Origin: Macrostomum lignano
Lineage: Eukaryota
Length of the DNA stretch: 64,000 nt
Reading direction: 5' to 3'
Assembly (NCBI GenBank): GCA_002269645.1
Contig: NIVC01001710.1
Coordinates: 135,071 to 199,070 of the forward strand
The notes beneath the pieces were generated by a model. It had not been told where the DNA came from and ran no database searches. It worked only from the letters and a program-made list of their open reading frames with translations. The translations under genes were made by a program, and so were the position numbers. Shown here piece after piece: positions 59,318 through 64,000 of the stretch. Positions within the stretch are counted from its first letter, which is position 1; each line of letters begins with the position of its first letter.

Positions 59318-62300
59318 CTAGGCCAGACCCAGCAGGGTGTCCAGCTCGCTAGCGTCCAGATTGCCGTCCACCCATTCCTCCTGCTCACTATGCAAAATCG
59401 GCGACGGAGTGGCGCCCCTGCCGCCGCCGCTGCTGCCACCGGCGCCGCCACCGCCTCCGCCGTCGACCTCGCCGATGCTGCTGACCCACCAGCTCGGCGG
59501 ATTCAGCGCTGTGCCGTGCAAAGTCAAATCCAGCAGGCTGGCTGGGTTGGACATGTCCAGAGCCGCCTGGCCGCTCTCGCCAAGCAAGCCGTCGTCCGGT
59601 TCAAACAGCCAGCGCTCATCGTCGGCAGGACCGGTGGTGCTGGCTGCTGCTGCTGTAGACGACGACGCCGTCGAGACGGAGCCAACGGCCGCTACAGCTG
59701 GCCGGGGGTCGGATGCTGGCAAAAATTTTGTTTACAGATGATAGCATGCATTTATTCTTGTAAAATATCTGCACGTTTAATGCTCATGATCCCAGATCAC
59801 CAAGATCCCACCCTCCCAGATTCTCAGTTTCTGGGCCAACCTCCCAGATCCTCAGTTGCTGGGCCAGCCTCCCAGATCCTCAGTTGCTGAGATGCCAGCC
59901 TCCCAGATCCTCAGTTTCTGAGCCAGCCTCTCAGATCCTCAGTTGCAGACTTCTTGTAAGCAGTTGGCAATCTAATAAAAAACGAATTTTCGAGCTACCC
60001 TCAAGCGAATCTGATTGCTTCATGGCCTACCGTTTTTCAAGCTGACGCCCGACAGAGTCGGGTCATGGCTCCGCATCGAGTTCTCATCCAGGATGTTTGC
60101 GCTCAGCCAATCAGATCCAGGCATCGGGTGCCCATGCTGCAGGTGGTGGTGGTCACCATAGAAACTCCGTCTCTCATCCTGGAAATCCGGCAGGCTGAGC
60201 TGCGTCTGATAGGTGGCGTGCATCGTCTGCTGGCTGCCATAGAACAGGTTGCCATGGTTACGCCGTTTCACGGTGGCCGCCATCTCCTTGCTGGCGCTGG
60301 CAGCCTGCGGCCCGCCTGGTCGCTTGAAACCCGCCGTCTGGGCGAGCGACGTGACAGGGGCGGTGACGGGCCCCGTTGCCAGATGGTTGCTATGCGGCAT
60401 CTCCAAATAGCTGGCGTGGTCGGGATTGAGCCTCCAGAAGCCGCCCTTGTTCCCGGCCTCGTCTTTGCGCCGCGGAACCCGTTGAAAGCAGCGGTTTAGG
60501 GTGAGGTTGTAGCGGACCGCGCTCTGAAAAGATGCCATGCTAAATGCAGCTGTGGCGACCTTGGCGCTCCTGGTGACCTTGGCGCCCCTGACGACCTTGG
60601 CGCCCCTGGTGACCTTGGCGCCCCTGACGACCTTGGCGCCCCTGGCAACCTTGGCACCCCAGACATTTTTGACATCCATGATATTTCTGACAACTCTTGC
60701 GCCTCTGGCCCTCTTGGCACTCCTGGCACTCCTGGCACCCCTCACCCCTGGCACCCCTGGCACTCCTGGCACTCCTGGCACCCCTCACCCCTGGCACCCC
60801 TGGCACTCCTGGCACTCCTGGCACCCCTCACCCCTGGCACCCCTGGCACTCCTGGCACTCCTGGCACCCCTAGCACCCCTGGCACCCCTGGCACTCCTGG
60901 CACTCCTGGCACCCCTGGCACTCCTGGCACTCCTGGCACTCCTGGCAGCCCTTGGCACTCCTGGAACCCCTGGCACTCCTGGAACCCCTGGCACTCCTGG
61001 CACCCCTGGCACTCCTGGCACCCCTGGCACTCCTGGCACCCCTGGCACTCCTGGCACCCCTGGCGTCCCTAGCATGCACTCTGTATGACTACATGTCGGT
61101 AAAACAGTAGAAACTGACCCAAAGAAAATCCAAATTATTAATATTTAACAACGATTTTCGCGAAGCCACCTTTGAACTCAATTGGTAGCTTGTTACTTGT
61201 AGTAGCCAGTTCGAAACATCTCTAGTTTAGCTCCTATTGACAGCTACTTTTAGCGCAATTTTGCACAAGACTAATCTAACTAACCATAATTGTCTTTCTT
61301 GGAAAGCAGAGTCTCTCAATGGTGATGCTAAAATTAGGCATCTGACTGTTGACTAAAGGATACTAGCTAAAGAGAATTAAAGTACAGTTGCACTTTGCAC
61401 TTTCCCCTGCTTCTGGCTTCTAAGCGCCCCTCACTCATCCCCAGTCCTGAAGGGGAGAATTAAGGCCCACGGCGAGATCGATGCAAAGAGTCTGTCTGTC
61501 GTGTACGCGCCGGGGGAACAATGGAGCTGAGAGCCGGGATGTGAATGTTGAGAAAAAAATTGGGAATGGGAAGGACGGGAAACAGAGCCGAGACCTGCGC
61601 GCTGGGGGCACCGATGTTTGGGATACAAAATTTTTGGATGCAGCTTTTCCTAACAGAATCCCAAGTAGCAAGCTCCCAATATGGAATGCGGGTGACCTCT
61701 CTTCTCAGCTGCGATGTTTTTTTGGTGTAGGGCGAGAGATTCACGCTGGGCCTGCCATTCTTTTGTGGAGAACGATTTTTAGTGTCTGCGCACGGGTCGT
61801 AAATATTTTATTGTGCCAAGAACTGCACAGAAACTGGGGAGCTGGGGCTGTCATGGAGGTGGGTTACGGGCAACCAGTGCCACGTGAATTGAGATCAATC
61901 GTATTTTTAGTTCGCACTCGTATAGTAGCTGACAGGCGTGCAAATGCAACAGGGCCAGCCCCATAAAATTGACTAAAATGTTGCTCTGGACTTCTACAGG
62001 ATGACAGCACTAACAGGGGCGTAGCCAACGGGGGGTCATGGGAGCCATGACCCTCCCCAGCCGGCTGATCCAGGCCAAATTTTCAGGCCCCCTCCCCCGT
62101 CGCAGAGGCCTAGCACCCCCTGCCCCCGGTTGCCGCTGTGAGCCTGTGACTGACTGTGACCCCCCCCCCCGAAGGAAATCCTGGCTGCGCCACTGAGCAC
62201 TAACAAAGACTTAGACTTGTAGAGGATAGTAGCACTAGCAAAGACCTGGACTTCTACAGTATGGTAGCACTATAGCAAAGACCTGGACTTGTACAGGATG

Positions 62301-63329
62301 GTAGCACTAGCAAAGACCTGGACTTGTACAAAATAGTAGCACTAAGCAAAGACATGGACTTGTACAGGATGGTAGCACTAGCAAAGACCTGGACTTGTAC
62401 AGGATGGTAGCACTAAGCAAAGACCTGGACTTGTACAGGATGGTAGCACTAGCAAAGACATGGACTTGTACAAAATAGTAGCACTAAGCAAAGACATGGA
62501 CTTGTACAGGATGGTAGCACTAGCAAAGACCTGGACTTGTACAGGATGGTAGCACTAAGCAAAGACCTGGACTTGTACAGGATGGTAGCACTAGCAAAGA
62601 CATGGACTTGTACAGGATGGTAGCACTAGCAAAGACATGGACTTGTACAGGATGGTAGGACTAACAAAGACCTTGGACTGGCGCTGGATCGGACGCAGAC
62701 AAAGTCATGGGCTGGTGGACAGGAATCAAACAAACATTGCGCAGTCAAGCCTATAGTTATTCTCACCTGCCAGCTCTTGTCTCCTGAGCAGCGATAAAAG
62801 GCGAACTTGTCGCCTATCCAGCCGCAGATTTCCTGCAGAGTCATGCGGGAGCGGCTCTGGCTGGTCAGGGCCATGAAGATCAGAGTCGAGAATGAGTATG
62901 GCGGCTTCAGGCTGGGATCGGACGCGAACTCGGCAGCGGGCAACGGCGGGACGGGCGCGGCGCCGACGGCGGCAACTGGATGGCACCGTTGGCGGCCGAG
63001 TGGCTGGCCGGCACTGAGAGAGCTCTGGCGGCCAAGAATGCAGCGCTTCGATCCAACTGATGCGGCCTCTGCTGCGTGCCGCCGCTGGGACTGACTTGAG
63101 AGGACAGCTGCTGCGACTGCAGCAACGGCGGCGGCATGAGCAGCAGCGGGCCCGGCGAAACTGGCGGGGACGCTGGCGGAGTTGGCGGAGTCAGCTTCAT
63201 CAAATCCATGTTCTGCAGCCAGCCAAGGTTGGTGAGGTCAGCATCGCCAAACGAGGGCCTAGAGTCGAGCTCGGTGTCCCTTGTTGCCCAGTTGTGACGC
63301 AGCTTCTGAGCCAGCTGATTGCGATTCAT
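59318..63329 (-). CDS. foxj1: FoxJ1-like forkhead transcription factor; coding exons 63329-62767 (one frame change needed), 60523-60031, 59715-59318
   Basis: N-terminal DLTNLGWLQ motif; forkhead domain [15 protein letters not shown]...[10 protein letters not shown]...SWQ|[34 protein letters not shown], split by an intron after WQ. Downstream phases are consistent. The ATG frame and the forkhead frame differ within the first coding exon. Confidence 0.82.
59800..59948. repeat. 28-bp minisatellite (CCCAGATCCTCAGTTGCTGGGCCAGCCT), reverse complement of the array at 1250-1496
   Basis: About 5 units in the last FoxJ1 intron. Confidence 0.9.
60550..61075. repeat. GC-rich 9-bp-based repeat (CCTGGCACT/CCTGGCACC) next to the FoxJ1 exon acceptor
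   Basis: Direct array; explains the PGV/GAR ORFs. Confidence 0.93.
62014..62195. mobile_element. hAT-type MITE, 182 bp, TSD AGCACTAA
   Basis: Same TIRs and body as 54937-55119, with a perfect 8-bp TSD. Confidence 0.92.
62200..62665. repeat. 35-36-bp minisatellite (AGGATGGTAGCACTAGCAAAGACCTGGACTTGTAC) in a FoxJ1 intron
   Basis: About 13 units; a degenerate first unit at 61985-62013 is interrupted by the MITE. Confidence 0.93.
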
Positions 63330-64000
63330 GCTGATCTCGCTGAAAATATTGCAATATCCATTTACTTTTTAATATGAATTAAAATGTAAATTTGTTGCAA
63401 ATCAATTTGATTTTGAATAGATAGCTAAATTATGAGCAGTTTTATTCAGAAAATCTTAGACTAAGTGGAAATAATGTAAAAACTTTTTTTTTCAAACACG
63501 CAACTGTAATTCTACATTTGTTAATCCAAAGTTCTGTACGAATCAGAACTTCAGACGCAATAAATTTATTTGAATTTTTTTGCTTTTAATCAGGTGAATT
63601 TACCTTTATCATAAGATATGCTATCTTGATAGTGGGACATAGAATTTGACAGTTTTATGATAAATTATTTCTTGTAATTCTTGGTCGGTCGCTACCTTAA
63701 GGCTAAGTTCTTAGCTTTTAAGAGTTTGAGTGCCCCTATTAGTAAAGCTAGTTAAACACATAGTCTTGGTATTAAAACTGACATGAATAATTATTGCTTT
63801 AAGTAAAAAACAAAATAAAAAACAGTCAATCGACAACGCAATTTTACTTTTATGAACGTTGATGAAAGCACTTGCAAGCTGAAGCTATATACATGTATAA
63901 CATGAGACTAAATTTTTCCCATATCGAATGATTGTTATATATTATAACTATGTTAGTAAGATATTATATATATTCATTTAATGAATTCCACAGTCACAGT

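Noticed and set aside
60496-61088. Collagen- or elastin-like (PGV)n and (GAR)n ORFs
   Set aside because: A 9-bp intronic repeat; the true exon begins at the acceptor TTTTCAG|AGC (60523).

Overview
Eukaryotic (animal) genomic DNA: GC-rich spliced exons, and introns packed with minisatellites. This style resembles the flatworm Macrostomum, which is an inference only. I reconstructed six spliced genes by hand, checking splice phase at every junction. They are JNK (minus, 5 exons), a small C2orf50/CIMIP5-like ciliary gene hidden from the ORF track (minus, 3 exons, GC-AG intron), and a membrane-anchored CLCA-family protein whose HExxH motif is destroyed (plus, 9 exons). The other three are a DEG/ENaC channel (plus, 4 exons, 13 kb first intron), an acidic-repeat protein with a divergent CAP/SCP-like domain (plus, 2 exons), and a FoxJ1-like forkhead gene with an altered recognition helix and an apparent frameshift (minus). 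Mobile DNA includes an intact BEL/Pao LTR retrotransposon with identical LTRs and a 5-bp TSD, a 3.2 kb foldback-type element with 151-bp internal repeats, three hAT MITEs with 8-bp TSDs, tRNA-derived SINEs and LINE fragments. No rRNA, intact tRNA gene or CRISPR array was seen. Homology calls rest on remembered family motifs, not on database searches.
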